This document shows, piece after piece, positions 33,501-48,585 of a stretch of 64,000 nucleotides of DNA. Position 1 is the first letter of the stretch. The number at the start of each line of letters is the position of its first letter. The notes under the pieces are model-generated. The model had not been told where the DNA came from. It did not search any database and saw only the letters and a list, made by a program, of their open reading frames with translations. This DNA comes from the human T2T-CHM13v2.0 reference genome, Homo sapiens. The stretch lies in assembly GCF_009914755.1 (NCBI RefSeq), contig NC_060934.1; one strand, given 5' to 3'. Both the position numbers and the translations under genes were made by a program.

Positions 33501-35590
33501 CCGCTGAGAACCAAAACAAGACAAGGATGCCCATTATCATGACTCCTATTCAACACAGTATTGGAAATCCTAGCCAGAGCAATCAGCAAGAGAAAGAAAT
33601 AAAGGGCATCCCAATAGCAAGAGATTGGAAGTCAAACTATCTCTGTTTGTGGATGATTAATTCTATACCTAGAAAACCCCATAGTCTCTCCCAAATGTTC
33701 CTTGATCTGATAGTCAATTTCTGCAAAGTTTTAGGATACAAAATCAATACACAAAAATCCGTAGCATTTCTATACAACAACAATGTCCAAGTGGAGAGCC
33801 AAATTAAGAACACAATTCCATTCAAAATATCCCCCAAAAGAATAAAATACCTAGAAATAAAGCTAACTAAAGAGGTGAAAGATTTCTACAATGAGAATTA
33901 TAAAACACAACCCAAAGAAATCCAAGATGACACAAACAAACAGAAAAATATCCTATGCTCATAGATAGGAAGAATCAATATTGTTAAAATGGCCATACTG
34001 ATGCCATGCTACTGTGCAATTTACAGATGCAATGCTATCCCTATTGAACTACCAATGGCATTCTTCACAGAATTGGAAAAAACTATTTTACAATTCATAT
34101 GGAACCAAAAAGAGCCCAAATAACCAAAGCAATCCTAAGCAAAAAGAACAAAGCTGGAGGCATCACATTACCTGACTTCAAACTATACTACAAGGCTACA
34201 GTAGCCAGAACAGCATGGTACTCAAACAAAAAGAGACACATAGACCAATGGAACAGAATAAAGAGCCCAGAAAGAAAGCCATACACCTGCAACTATCTGA
34301 TCTTTGACAAAGTAAACAGAAACAAGCAATGGGGGAGGGCCTTCCTATTCAATAAATGGTGCTGGGATAACTGGCTAGTCATAGGCAGAAGACTGAAACT
34401 GGACCCCTTCCTTACATCATATTTAAAAAATTAACTCAAGATGAATTAAAGACTTAAATGTAAAACCAAAAACTAAAATCACTGGAAAACAACCTAGGAA
34501 ATACAATTCTGGACATAGACCCTGGCAAAGATTTCACAAAAAAGACACCAAAAGCAATTGCAACATAAACAAAAATTGACAAAGGAGACCTCAGTAAACT
34601 AAGGAGCTTCTGCACAGCAAAAGAAACTATCAACAGAGTAAACAGACAACTTACAGAGTGGGAGAAAAATTTTGCAAACTATGCATCCAATAAAGGTCTA
34701 ATATCCAGAATCTGTAAGGAACTTAAATGAATTTACAAGCAAAAGACAACCCCATTAAAAAGTGGGAAAAGGACATGAACAGACACTTCAAAAGATGATA
34801 TGCACATAGCTAACAAGCATATGAAAAAGTGTTACATATCACTAATCATTTAAAAAATGCAAATCAAAACTATAATGATGTACCACCTCACACCAGTCAG
34901 AATAGCTATTATTAAAAAATAAAATAATAACAGATGTTCGTGAGGTTGTGGAGAAAAACAAATGCTTCTACACTGCTGGTGTAATGTAAATTAGCTCAGC
35001 CATTGCGGAAAGTAGTGTGGCGACTTCTCAAAAATTAAAACAAAATTACTATTTCACCCAGCAATTTCGTTATTGGGTATATATCCAAAGGAATATAAAT
35101 CATTCTATTATAAAGACACATACACATGTAGGTTCACTGCTGAACTATTTACAATGGCAGACATGAAGTCAACATTAATGCCCATCAATGGTAAACTGGA
35201 TAAAGTAAATGTGGTACATATACACCATGGAATACTATGTAGCTATAAAAAAAAAATGAGATCATGTCCTTTGCAGAAAATTAGATGGAGATGGAGGCCA
35301 TTTTCCTAAGCAAACTAACACAAGAACAGAAAACAAAATACTATGTGTTCTCACTTATAAGTGGAAGCTAAACATTGAGTACAAATGGACACTTGAGTAC
35401 ATGAGGGTGGAGGGTGGGAGGGAGAGGATTGAAAAGCTACCTATCAGGTACTATGCTAATTACCTGGGTGATGAAATAATCTGTACACCAAACCCCCATG
35501 ACATGCAACTTACCTATATAACAAACCTGCATATATACCCCTGAAGCTAAAATAAGTTTTATAAGATATAAAATAAAAATAAGAAAAAAA
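30560..35590 (+). mobile_element. Old L1PA (L1PA15/16-like): partial 5'UTR, ORF1 5' half, internal deletion, degenerate ORF2, 3'UTR
   Basis: ORF1 remnant 31125..31400 (AEMTDIEFRIWIGMKIIEIQE); ORF2 remnants 32036..32329, 32840..33205 ([12 protein letters not shown]...[13 protein letters not shown]) and 34099..34434. Confidence 0.9.
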
Positions 35591-38500
35591 TAGGTAAATC
35601 CACAACCACAATATGAAACAATAAAATGAGATACCGTCTTTTCAAGGGCACATGAAATATTTACCTCTATGGTGGTCATATAGTAAGCCAAGATAATATT
35701 TAAAGAGCCAAAATCATTTACAAATTTGCTGATCACAGTGAAAATAAGTTAGAAACTATTAAATGACTAACCAAAAAAACGACTAGAAAAACTTCTATGC
35801 TTGGAAAATAAGCAATATGCCTCTAATAAACCCTGGGTCAAAAACAATTTTGTTTAGTAAATGAAATAATGTTTGAGCTGGATAACATTGAAAGTAAAAT
35901 ATGTCAAAATATACGGAATTCAGCTAAAACAGTACTGTAAAGTAAATTCATAGCTTTAAATGAAAGAAAAATAAACACAAAAATAAATTATCTAACCACA
36001 CATAGCAAGAAGCCAGAAAAAAGAACAAATCATAATAAAATATATTGGAAAATAAAATAAATAAGAACAAAGATTAATAAAAATTTTAAACAAAACAAAG
36101 TAATAAGGCCAAAATTTGTTTTTTGAAAAGAATAAAGGGATGAAAACAACAAAAATCAGGGTAAGAAAACAATTTTTTTTGTGCCATGATATTTGACAAT
36201 TTAGATGAAGTGGAAATACTTATTGAAAATCACATCTTAACAAACTGACTCAAGAAATAATATAAAATCTAAATGTATATACTAGCATGTGTGTGTAAAT
36301 ATACATATTCAATGACAGTTTGCTTCACTAGTGAATTATTCTGAACATTTAAGAAAGAAGTTGCAGCAACTTCATACAAACTCGTTCAGAAATAGAGAAA
36401 AATACACACTTTTTATCTCATTATAAGAGCCCCAGCATTCAATAGTCTTAATAATAAGACTATTGAATACTAAAACTGAAAAGGACATTGCCACATAAGA
36501 AAATTTCAGACAAATTCTCCATGAACATAAAGAAATTATTAACAAAATGTTAGAAAATCAAATGTGATACACAACAAGGATAATAAATTATTACTAAGCA
36601 TAATTTGAGCAATGAAAAATGGCTCAACTTCCAAAAACCCATCAGTGTGAGAGTTTCTGAAGAAGATGATGTAGACTCATTTCTCCCTGCTCTTCTCTGC
36701 TATGTACAACTACAAACACTGGAAATAATGCAAAAGGCAATGAAAGGAGAATTCTGAAAGATGGGAAGAGGAAGACAAAATAGTAATGGAACTCAGCGCT
36801 AGAGGAAAAACATAGTGACAGGGTGTCTTACGGCCCCCAACAACATAAAAAATGCAACAAACACAGACCTAGAATTTTCTAAATTCCAACCAAGCAACAG
36901 AAGATGGTCCGGGTAGGCTCATTCTTCTCCCAGCCAGACCAGACAAGCAATACCAAAAGGACAATCAATCAGAAGTCCTGCTGAAAAGAAATGGCCCAGC
37001 CCTAGAAGCACTACCCTTCCACACTAACTACCCTCCACACCAACCTGGGACTCCCCTGAACCACCATGAGAAACCAGGCACCAAGAGCAGCACTGGCAAG
37101 GAGATCTCATCATTATTGGACACAGCCCAGGAATCCTCTCTGTCATTGAGGGTCCAAGACTCCACACCCCCACTGAGAGATACTCAGGCAGCTGGGCAGG
37201 ACCAGCAAGGGTGATTCCACCTAGCCCATAAAAACTCTTCATCCCTATAGGCTGGAATCTTTTCTCCTCCACCCAGTGTCAGCAGGTGGCATTGGCAAGG
37301 GGGATCCTGCCACAAGCAGTCCCCAGCCAGGGAAGTGCCCTCCTTTCCCTAGAGGCAGGATAGTCTTGTCACAAGTGCCCTGCCTGGGAAGTGTTCCTCA
37401 TTCTCACAGGCCATTCTTCAACTACAGAAACCAGGCGGCCCAGCCTGGAAAATCCCTGTCATACTTCTTGGGAATCACAAAGAAAGATCAGAGGAAGCCC
37501 CAACAGCACCAGATAAACTAAGTAGACCAAAATAGTACCACAAAATAACACCAGCTCCTAAAATTAAGTAGTCACTGAAAGCACAGCAGATAAAAGTAGG
37601 CCAGACATGTGTGCTAAAACTAACCAGGATATAACTCCCAACAAAAAAAAAAAAAAAAGATTTAAGCAGAACACACAGCTTCCTAAGACAATATCACAAT
37701 GTTCAAGATATAATCAAGAACTAGGAAAACCACAACTTGAATAAGAAAAAATGATCAACTGATGCTAAGACCAGGATGGATCAGATGTTTTAATTATCTG
37801 ACTATAATTTTAAATAAATAATCATAAAAATGCTTCAACAAGCAATTACAAATTCTCTTGAAACAAAAGGTAGAAAATCTCATCAAAGGACAAGAAGATA
37901 TAGAATAGAACTAAATGGAAATTATGGAATTGAAATATAGAATAACTAAAACGAAACACTCACTGGATGAAATCAATCATAGTGTTTAGATAATAGAGGA
38001 TACAGTCAGCAAACTGGAGAACAGATGAATAAAATGTACCCAATGTGACAAACAGAGAGAAAACAGATTGATAAAGAAATGAACAGAGCCTCAAGGGTGT
38101 ATGGGACAATAACAAGAGATCCAACGCCAACATTAATTCCACTGAAATTCCAGAAAGCGAAGAGAAAGAGACTGAGGCTGAAAGACTATTCAAATAAATA
38201 ATGATTAGCAGTTTGACAAATTTCGTGGAAGATGTAAACCTGGAAATTCAAGAAGAATTCAAACAAGATAAGCCCAAATAAATCCATGTCAAGACATATC
38301 ATAATAAAACTTCTGAAAACTAAATTTTTTAAAAGAAATCTTGAAAGCACCTAGAAAGAAACTACCCAGAAGAATACAAAACTACAGTGAATTGAGAATA
38401 TGAAACTATGGTAATCAGTAGAAAATGGCATAACACATTTAAATTCCTGAAAGAAAAGAACTCTCAACCATAAATTCTGTCTGTCTTTCTGACATAAAGA

Positions 38501-39427
38501 GGAAATAAAGACATTCTCAGATGAAGGAAGACCAAAAGAATATGTGCCTAGAAGACCAATCCTTCGAGACTGGATAAATAACATTTACTAAGCAAAAAGA
38601 AAATAAAAGCATTATTGGAGCTTTAGGAAGTAAAAACAACAGAAATATGAGTATATACTATCCTTCTTCTTCTGAGTTTTATAAATTTATTTGATAATTG
38701 AAACAGAAACTATAACACCATTTGATACTCAGGACAATGACATTTAAAAGTATGAAAGGTAAAGGTACCTAAATGGAAGTAAGATTTCTACACTTCACTC
38801 AAAGTGGCAAAATGTTAACACCAATAAACTGATAAGTCACATATGTGTATTGTAATAGTCAGAGCAACCACTAAGAAAACTACACAGAGATATACACTAA
38901 GAGAAACAGAAAAATTAAAAACAGAGGAAATAAACAATTATGATTTAGCACTTACTTAAATGCTAAAACAACAATACTTATCTTAAGGATGTAAATATGC
39001 CAATTAAAAGGCAAAAATGGGAAGAATAGATTTTTTAAAAATCCAACTAAATGCTGTTTGCAAAAAAAAAGTTACTTCAAAGGCAATAACATGGTGGGTT
39101 AATGTCAAAAAATTCAAAAATATACCATGCAGACATTAATTTTTAAAAAGTAGGAGTGACTATATTAATATCAGGTAAATAAAATCAACAGAGATAAAGA
39201 GGGACATTACAAAATTTTAAAAGGAAAAATCCATCAGGAAGACATAATGATCCTAAATGTGTATGCTCCAAACAACAGATCTTCAAAATGCATGAAGAAA
39301 AAACTGATAAAGCTGAGAAGAAAAATAGACAAGTCCATAATTATAGTTGGGGACATCAACAACCCCATCTCGGCATCTGATAGAACCAATAGATTAACAA
39401 GGATATTGAAACTCTGAACAACACAAT

Positions 39428-39786
39428 TGATATGGTTTGGCTGTGTCCCCACCCAAATCTCACCTTGAATTGTAATAATCCCCACATGCCAAGGGTGGGG
39501 CCAGGTGAAGATAATTGAACGATGGGGGCAATTTCCCCATACTGTTCTCATGGTAGTGAGTAAGTCTCATGAGATCTGATGATTTTATAAATGGGACTTC
39601 CCCTGCACAATCTCCCTTGCTGACCGCCAGGTAAGACGTGATATTGCTCCTCCTTTGCCTTCCATCATGATTGTGAGGCCTACCCAGTCATGTGGAACTG
39701 TGAGTCAATCAATTAAACCTCTTTCCTTTAAAAATTACTCAGTCTTGGGTATGTCTTTATTAGCAGTGTGAGAACAGACTAATACA
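39428..39786 (+). mobile_element. THE1C-like MaLR solo LTR, 5-bp TSD acaat
   Basis: TG...CA termini (tgatatggtttggctgtgtcccc...gactaataca); acaat at 39423-39427 and 39787-39791. Confidence 0.95.
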
Positions 39787-40366
39787 ACAATCAACCAATA
39801 ATATCTAATTGACACATATAGAACATTTATCCCAATATCAGCAGAATATACATCTTTTCAAGTTCCACTGATTATTCACAAAGATAGATCATATCCTAAA
39901 CAATAAAGAGACTTCAATGAATTTTAAAGAACTGATATCATACAGAGTATGTTATCTGATTATAATGGAATCAGACTAGAATTCAATAAGAGAAAAACAA
40001 AAGGATGATCCTTAAACATGTGGAAAGTAACAATAAAGTTTTAACCTAAGCCATAAATCAAATAGTAAATTTCAAAGGAAATTCTTAGAAAATATATAGA
40101 ACTGAATATAAATGAAATGCAACATATTAAATTATGTAAAATGCAGCCAAAATAGTTCTAATAGGAAAATTTATAGCACTAAAAGCTTATATTAGAAAAA
40201 CATAAATGTCTCAAATAATCTAAGGTTCTACTTCAAGGAGTAAAAAAAAGCAAAATAAATTCAAAGCAAGCAGAAATAAAAGATGAGAGCAGAAATTAAT
40301 AAAATTGAAAATAGAAATATAATTTTTAAAATGAAACAAAATATTGTTCTTCAAAAAATCAATAAA

Positions 40367-43300
40367 GGAGGGGAGGACAAGATGACCAACTAGATGTAGA
40401 CAAGTGGAATAGCTCCCATGGAGGGATGGAAATGACTGGTATGCTTTTAACAGATCTTCAGAGGGAAGGCACCGAGAGTGGATGGAGGAAAGACACACAA
40501 GCTAGATTGAAGAGGGAGAAAACTGTTAACCCCACAAGGGCTACTGAGCCCTGGGATTCATTTTTGACCTACAACAGCTCTAGGGGAATGGATGAATTGA
40601 ACTGGCAAGAAGCAACCCACTCTCACCACAGGCCTCTGGATTCCAGGCAGGAGAGGACCCCTTGACCATCACGGACACTTGAGATAGCAGGGATAGCTGA
40701 TTAGAGAAGTGGTGGGGCAGCAGCCAGCTGATGTAGAGTATAGAGGCTTTGGTATAGGTGCAGCTGTAGTGGAGCATGGCCAGGTACAGCTATCTCCCTA
40801 GGCTCAACTTCCTCCTAAATAAGAGACTTTAGCTTTAGGGGAACTGTCAGACTTGATCTCTGTAGGGTGGTCTTGCACATCAAACAGGACTGGTCCAACC
40901 TGAGCACTCCTTGGCCTGCTTACCTCTCCTGGGGCCCCAGCATCACCATGCCTGCTTATAAGGCAGCGTCAGGTGCCCTGGTGGCACACACCATAGCTTC
41001 TGCACCAGAGGACCAAGCCCGACAGGTGGAGAGCTCCAATGAAGTGGCTCCTGTGGCTGCACACCAGCCCACATGCCACCTCCCCATATTGCAGCTTCCC
41101 CTGAGCCCACAGCAACTCCACACATCACATTGTTAGCATGTGTCTGCACAGGTGGGTTTTGCTTTACTTGCCCTGCCAGCATGTGGGAGTGCAGTTTGTC
41201 TCCCCACCCCCACCACCGACTGTCACTGCAGACAGAGCCTTCGTGGCACACAGCCAGGAAGCCCTGCCTCCACTAGTGTCCCATACTTGTGCTAATGCTG
41301 CACAGAGAACAAAGGATCCTCCCACAACCTGAGCAATCACTAGCTTATGGGGGCACAGAGAAAGCACCCAGACCTATGCCAGCCAGCACCTTGTCCCAAA
41401 CCAACTCCACCTCCAGCACAACAGTGCACATAGTCTCCATCAGGGTTCCTCCTACTACCAGCTGCCTTGCCTCTGCCACTATGGTGAATGCCCACAGTGA
41501 GGCTGGCACCCCTGCCCATGCTAACACTCTGTTGCAGCTGTCGCACCTTGGCATCCCCAGCACAGTGGACTCCAAACCTCTAGGAGTCAGAGAACAAAGT
41601 TGGGGCCCAATACAAGTTCTCCAGAGTTAGAGCATGCAGTCCAGGAGTTGGGAGCTGAGCACTGGCCCCTGAAAATCTCCCAGAAATAAAGCAAGTTAGT
41701 GAATCCACCTTATACTACAATCAAGTCCTCAGAGTCATCGAATAGGACAAAAGGAGAAAAAAAAAAAACCATCCAGAGGTCAGCAACCTCAAAGATTGAA
41801 GTTAGATAAGCCCACAAAGATGAGAAAGAATCAGCACAAGAATGCTGAAAACTCAAAGCCAGAGTGTCTTCTTTCCTCCAAATGACCGCATCATCTCTCC
41901 AGCAAGGGTTCAGAACCAGACTGAGGCTAAGGTGACTGAAATGACAGAAATAGAATTCAGAATATGGATAAGAACAAAGCTCACGAAGCTACAGGAGTAG
42001 GTTGAAACCCAACGTAAGGAAGGTAAAAATCATGATAATATATTGCAGGAACTGACAGACAAAATAACCAGTTTACAGAAGAACATAACTGACCTTATAG
42101 AGCTGAAAAAACACTACAAGAATTTCATAATGCAATCACAAGTATTAATAGCAGAAGACAAAAGGTGGAAAGAATCTCAAAGTCTAAAGACTGCCTTTCT
42201 GAAATAAGACAGGCAGACAAAAACAGAGAAAAATGAATAAAAAGAAATGAACAAAACCATCAAGAAATATGGGATTATGTAAAGAGACCAAACCTATGAC
42301 TGACTTGTGTACCTGAAAGAGATGCAGAGAATGGAACCAACTTGGTAAATATATTCCAGGATATCATCCATGAGAACTTCCCCAACCTAGCTAGAGAGGT
42401 TAACATTCAAATTCAGGAAATGTAGAGAACCCCAGTCAGATAGTTCACAAGAAGATCATCCCCAATACACATAATCATCAGATTCTCCAAGGTTAAAATG
42501 AAAGAAAAAATGTTAAAGGTAGCTAGAGGAACAGACCAGGTCACCAACAAGGGAAGCTCATCAAACTAACTACAGACCTCTCAGCTGAAATCCTACAAGC
42601 CAGAAGAAATTGAGCACTGATATTCAACATTCTTAAAGAAAGAAATTCCAACCCAGAATTTCATATCCAGCCAAACTAAGCTTCATTAGCAAAGGAGCAT
42701 TTTCAGATAAGAAAATGCTGAGGGAATTTGTTACCACCAGAACTTCCTTACAAGAGCTCTTGAAGGAAGCACTAAATATGGAAAAAAATACTTACCAGCT
42801 ACTACAAAAATACACTGAAGTACACAGACCAGTGACACTATAAAGCAACCACACAAACAAGTCTGCATAATAACCAGCTAACATAATGATGACAAGATCA
42901 AATCCACACATATCAATAATAACCTTAAATATAAATGATCTAAATGCCCACAATTAAGCACAAGTGGCAAGCTGGATAAAGAACCAAGATCCATTGTTAT
43001 GCTGTCTTCAAGAGACCCATCTCACATGCAGTGACACACATAGGCTCAAAATAAAGAAAGGAAAAAAATCTACCAAGCAAATGGGAAACAGAAAAAAGCA
43101 GAGGTTGTAATCCTTGTCTCTGACAAAACAGACTTTAAATCAATAAAGATAAAAAAAGACAAAGAAGTACATTGCATAATGGTAAAGTGTTCAATTCGGT
43201 GAGAAGATCTAACTATCCTAAATATATATCCATCCAACACAGGATCACCAAGATTCATAAAGCAAGTTCTTAGAGACATTCAAAGAGACTCAGACTCCCA

Positions 43301-46300
43301 CACAATAATAGTGGGAGACTTTAACACCCCACTGACAATATTAGACAGAGCACTGAGAGAGGAAATTAAGATATTCAAGACCTGAACTCAGCACTGGATC
43401 AAATAGAACTTATGGATATCTACAGACCTCTCTACCCAAAAACAACAGAATAAACATCTTCTCATTGCCACATGGCACATATTTTACAATTGATCACATA
43501 ATCCAAAGTAAAACACTCATCAGCCAATGCAAAAGAACCAAAATTATAACAGTCTCTCATACCACAGTGTAATTAAATTAGAAATCAAGACAAAGAAATT
43601 CACTCCAAAGCCTCCAATTACATGGATCATATGAATGACTTTCTGGTAAATAATAATATTAAAGCAGAAATCAAGAAGTTATTTGAAGCTAATAAAACAA
43701 AGACACAATGTACCAGAATCTCTCAGACATAACTAAGGCAGTGTTAACGTGAAATTTATAGCACTAAATGCCCACATGAAAAGGTTAGAAAGATCTCAAG
43801 TTAACAACCTAACATCACAACTAAAAGAACTAGAGAACCAAAAGCAAACAGATCTCAAAGCTAGCAGAAGGAAAGAAATAACCAAAATCAAAGCTAAACT
43901 GAAGGAAAACCATTCAAAAGATCAATGAATCCAGGAGCTGGTTTTGTGAAAAAAATAAAATAAAATAGATAGACTGCCAGTTAGACAAATAAGAAAACAG
44001 AGAAAATTCAAATAAACACAACCAGAAATAAAAGCAGCATATTACCATTGACTCCACAGAAATACAAACAACCATCAGAGAATATTATGAATATTTCTAG
44101 GCATATAAGCTAGAAAATCTAGAAGAAATTGATAAATTCGTGTCACATACACCCTCCCAAGACTGCACCACGAAGAAACTGAAACCCTGAACAGACTAAT
44201 AATGAGCTCTGAAATTGAGGCCATAATAAATAGCCTACCGACCCCAAAAGCCTAAGACCAGAGAGATTCACAGCTGAATTCTACCTGAGGTACTAAGAAG
44301 AGCTGGTACTATTCCTACTGAAACTGTTCTAAAAAATTGAGGAGGAGAAGGGACTCCTCCCTATCTCATTCTATGAGGCCAGCATCATCTTGATACCAAA
44401 ACCTGGCAGAGATACAACCAAATAAGAAAAGTTGAGACCAATATCCTTGAACCTCAAAATAATAAGAGCCATATGTAAAAAACCCACAGCCATCATCATA
44501 CTGAATAGGCAAAGGCTGGAAGCATTCCCCTTGAAAACTGGCACAAGACAAGGATGCGCTCTCTCACCACTTCTATTCAACATAGTATTAGAATCCCTGG
44601 CCAGGGCAATCAGACAAGAGAAAGAAATAAAGTGCATCCAAATAGGAGGAGGAGAAGTTAAACTATCCCTGTTTGCAGATGATATGATCCTATATTTAGA
44701 AAACCACATAGACTCTGATCAAAAGTTTCTTAAACTGATAAAGAACTTCAGCAAAGTCTTAGGGTACAAAAATCAATGTGCAAAAATCACTAGCATTCTT
44801 ATACATCAACCACTGTAAAGCAGAGAGCACAATCAAGAACATACTCCCATTCACAATTGCCACAAAAAGAATAAAATACCAAGGAATACAGCTAACCAAG
44901 GAAGTGAAAGATCTCTACAAAGAGAACTACAAAACACTTCTCACAGAAATCAGAGATGACATTAACAAATGAAAAAAACATTCATGCTCATGGATAGAAA
45001 GAATCAATATTGTTAAAATGGCCATACTGGCCAAAGCAATTTATAGATTCAATGTTATTCCTATTAACCTACTATTGAGATTCTTCACAGAACTAGAAGA
45101 AAACATTTTAAAATTCATATGGAACCAAAAAATAGCCTGAATAGCCAAGGCAATCCTAAGCAAAAAGAACAAAGCTGGAGGTATCAGGGTACCCTACTTC
45201 AAACCATACTATACAGCTACAGTAACCAAATCAGCATGGTACTGGTACAAAAACAGACATCTATACCAAAAGAACAGAAAAGAAAACCCACAAATAAGTC
45301 CACACACATACAACTACCTGATCTTCAACAAACCTGACAAAAACAAGCAATAGGGAAAATTCCCTCTTCAATAAATGGTGCTGGAATAACTGGCTAGCCA
45401 TATGCAGATTGAAACTGGACTCCTTCCTTTCACCATACACAAAAATTAACTCAATATGGATTAAAAATTTATATGTAAAGCCCCAAACTACAAAAACTCT
45501 CTAAGACAACCTAGGCAATATCATTCAGGACATAGGTATGAACAAAGATTTCATGACAAAGAGGCCAAAAGCAATTGCAACAAAAGCAAAAATTGACAAA
45601 TGGGATCTAATTAAACTAAAGAGCTCCTGCAAAGCAAAAGAAACTACCAATAGGGTAAACTGACAACCTACAGAATGAGATAAAATTTTTGCAAACTATG
45701 CATCTCACAAAGGCCTAATATTTAGTATCTATAAGGAACTTAAACAAATTTATCAAAAAGAAAACATTAAAAAGTGGGCAAAGAACATGAACAGATGCTT
45801 TTCAAAAGAAGACATACAGGTAGCCAAAAATAATATGAAAAAAAGCTCAACATCACTGATCATTAAAGAAATGCAAATTAAAAGCACAATGAGATACCAT
45901 CTCACACCAATCAAAATGGCTATTATGAAAAAGTCAAAAATAACAGATGATGGCAAGGTTATGGAGAAAAGGGAACACTTATATACTGTTAGTAGGGGTG
46001 TAAATTAGTTCAACCATTGTGGAAGACAGTGTAGCAATTCTTCAAAGACTTAAAGAAAGACATACTATTCAACCCAGTAATCCCATTACTGGGTATATAC
46101 CCCAAGAGTATAAATTGTCCTATTGTAAAAACACATGCATGTGTATGTTCACTACAGCACAATTCACAATATCAAAGACATGGAATTAACCTAAATGCCC
46201 ATCAATGCTAGACTGGATAAAGAAAATGTGGTACATATATACCCTAGAATACTATGCAGCCACAAAAAAGAACAAGATCATGTCCCTTGCAAGGACATGG

Positions 46301-46594
46301 TTGGAGCTGGAGGCCATTATCCTTAGCAGAATAGAAACAGAAAATCAAATACTGCATGTTCTCACTTATAAGTGGCAGTCAAATGATGAGAACACATGGA
46401 CACATAGATGGAAACACACACTGAGGCCTATTGGAGAGCAGAGGATGGGATGAGGGAGAAGAGCAGAAAAATATCTAATGGGTACTAGGCTTAATACCTG
46501 GGTGATGAGATAATCTGTACAACAAACCCCCATGACACACATTTACGTATGTAACAAGCCTAAACATGTATTCCTGAACTTAAAATAAAAATTT
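40367..46594 (+). mobile_element. Full-length but inactivated L1PA12-14-class element, 14-bp TSD aaaaaatcaataaa (40353-40366 / 46595-46608)
   Basis: 5' start ggaggggaggacaagatg; ORF1 from ~41820; ORF2 from ~42886; RT remnant 44432..44818 ([10 protein letters not shown]...LFADDMILY); 3'UTR; multiple stops and frameshifts. Confidence 0.93.
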
Positions 46595-48536
46595 AAAAAA
46601 TCAATAAAAGTGATAAACCTCTAACAAGACTAACAAAAATAATAATAAAGAAAAGACAAATCACAAATGTCAGGAATAACACAAGAGATACTATTACAGA
46701 TGCTATAGCCATTTGAACAATAAAAGAAAATACAAACAACATTACACTCATAAATTTGACAAGTTAGAAGAAATGACCAATTATTTCCTACAAACTACCA
46801 GAAGTCAACCATGATGAAATAGATAATCTGAATATCCCAATAACCGTTAGAGAAATTTAATTTGTAATTTAAGAGCTCCTGTAAAAGAAATCCCCAGACT
46901 ATAATGATTTTACTAGAGGATTATATCAAACATTTAAACAATTAAAACCAAATTCTACAAATCTCTTCCAAAAGATGAAAAACAAGTGTGTTCCTACATA
47001 TTTTATGAGGCTAATACTACCCTGATGCCTAAAGCAGATATGATAGTACAACAGCGAAAAAACAAAAACAAAAACAAAACAAAAAAAACCCCTACACCTC
47101 AATATTCTCATGAACTCAGAATAGCAATATCCCCCATAACGCCTTAGCAAATACAATCCAACAATGTGTAAAACGTTTTGGTAATCAAGACAGGGTCATA
47201 AAGATAGGCACATTGATCAATGGGATAGACTAGAGAACCCAGAAATAGACCCACACAAATATGCCAAAATGATTTATGGCAAAGGTCCAAAAGCAATTCA
47301 ATGGAGGATGGACTGTCTTTTAAACAAATGGTGATGAGGCAATTGGATACCTATAGGGAAAAAAAAATGAACTTCAACCTAAACTTCACAATGTCTAAAA
47401 TAATTAATTCAAAATGGATTATAGACTTAAATATAAAATATGAAAATATCAAACTTTAAAAAAATAGGAAAAAATCTTTGGAATATAGGGATAGGCAAAG
47501 AATTCTTAGACTTGACACCAAAATCATGATATATAAAAGGAAAAATTGATACACTTAGCCTCATTAAAATGTAAAACTTTAGCTTTGCAAAAAATCCTCA
47601 ACAGAAAAGGAAAAGCCAAATACAAATTGCAATAAAATGATTGCAAACTATATATCCAATAAGAGACTAGTATCTAGAATATATAAAGAATTCTCAAAAC
47701 TCAACAGTACAATATAAGCAATCGTCTTAGAAAAACAGGCAAAAGACTTGGACAGACATTTCACTGAAGAGGGTATCCAGATGGCAAATAGGCAAACATG
47801 CACATAAAAAACATTCAACACCACTGACCATCAGTGAAGTGCAAATTAAAGCCACAATAAGATATCTCCATGCAATTATTAAATAAAAAATAGTGATATC
47901 ACAAAATGCAGGTGAGGATGTAGAGGCATTTTCTTATGCATTTCATGGCTGAAGTATAAAATGGTACAGCTACTCTGGAAAACAGTTTGGCTGTAATTTT
48001 TTTTTAACACTACACATGTAATTACCATATGACACAGCAATTGCACTCTTGGGCATTTATCCCAGAAAACCTGTACACAAATGCTCATAGTGGCTTTATT
48101 CATAACTGCCCTAACTGCAAATAATTCAGATGTTCTTCAGTGGGTGAATGGTTAAACAAATAGTGAGGCATCCATTCTTCGAAATAATACTCAACTATAA
48201 AAGAGAGAAACTCTTGACACATGCAACAACTTGGATGGAACCTCTAGAAAATTGTGCCATTTTTTTCTAGAGTTAGAAAAAGCCAATAAAAATTATAATA
48301 CTGTGTGATTCAACATATATAATATTTTTTAAATGACAAAATTTTAGAAATGTAGAATAGAAAATATTATGGTTATCAGGAGGTAGGAACAAGAAGGGCA
48401 GGGAGGTATGAGTTAGGTCCATGTGGTCATAAAAGAGAAAATGGGGAAGGAATCTTCTTGGTAACAAAACTATTCTGTGTGTTGGATGTGGTAGGGGATA
48501 TATCAGCTCAGACAGGAAAATACTGAATACAACTAA

Positions 48537-48538
<2 letters not shown>

Positions 48539-48582
<44 letters not shown>
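48539..48582 (+). repeat. (AC)22 microsatellite
   Basis: Perfect run. Confidence 0.98.

Positions 48583-48585
<3 letters not shown>

Noticed and set aside
40367-46594. Potentially active full-length L1
   Set aside because: Both ORFs carry stops and frameshifts, the RT domain has an internal deletion, and the subfamily is old.
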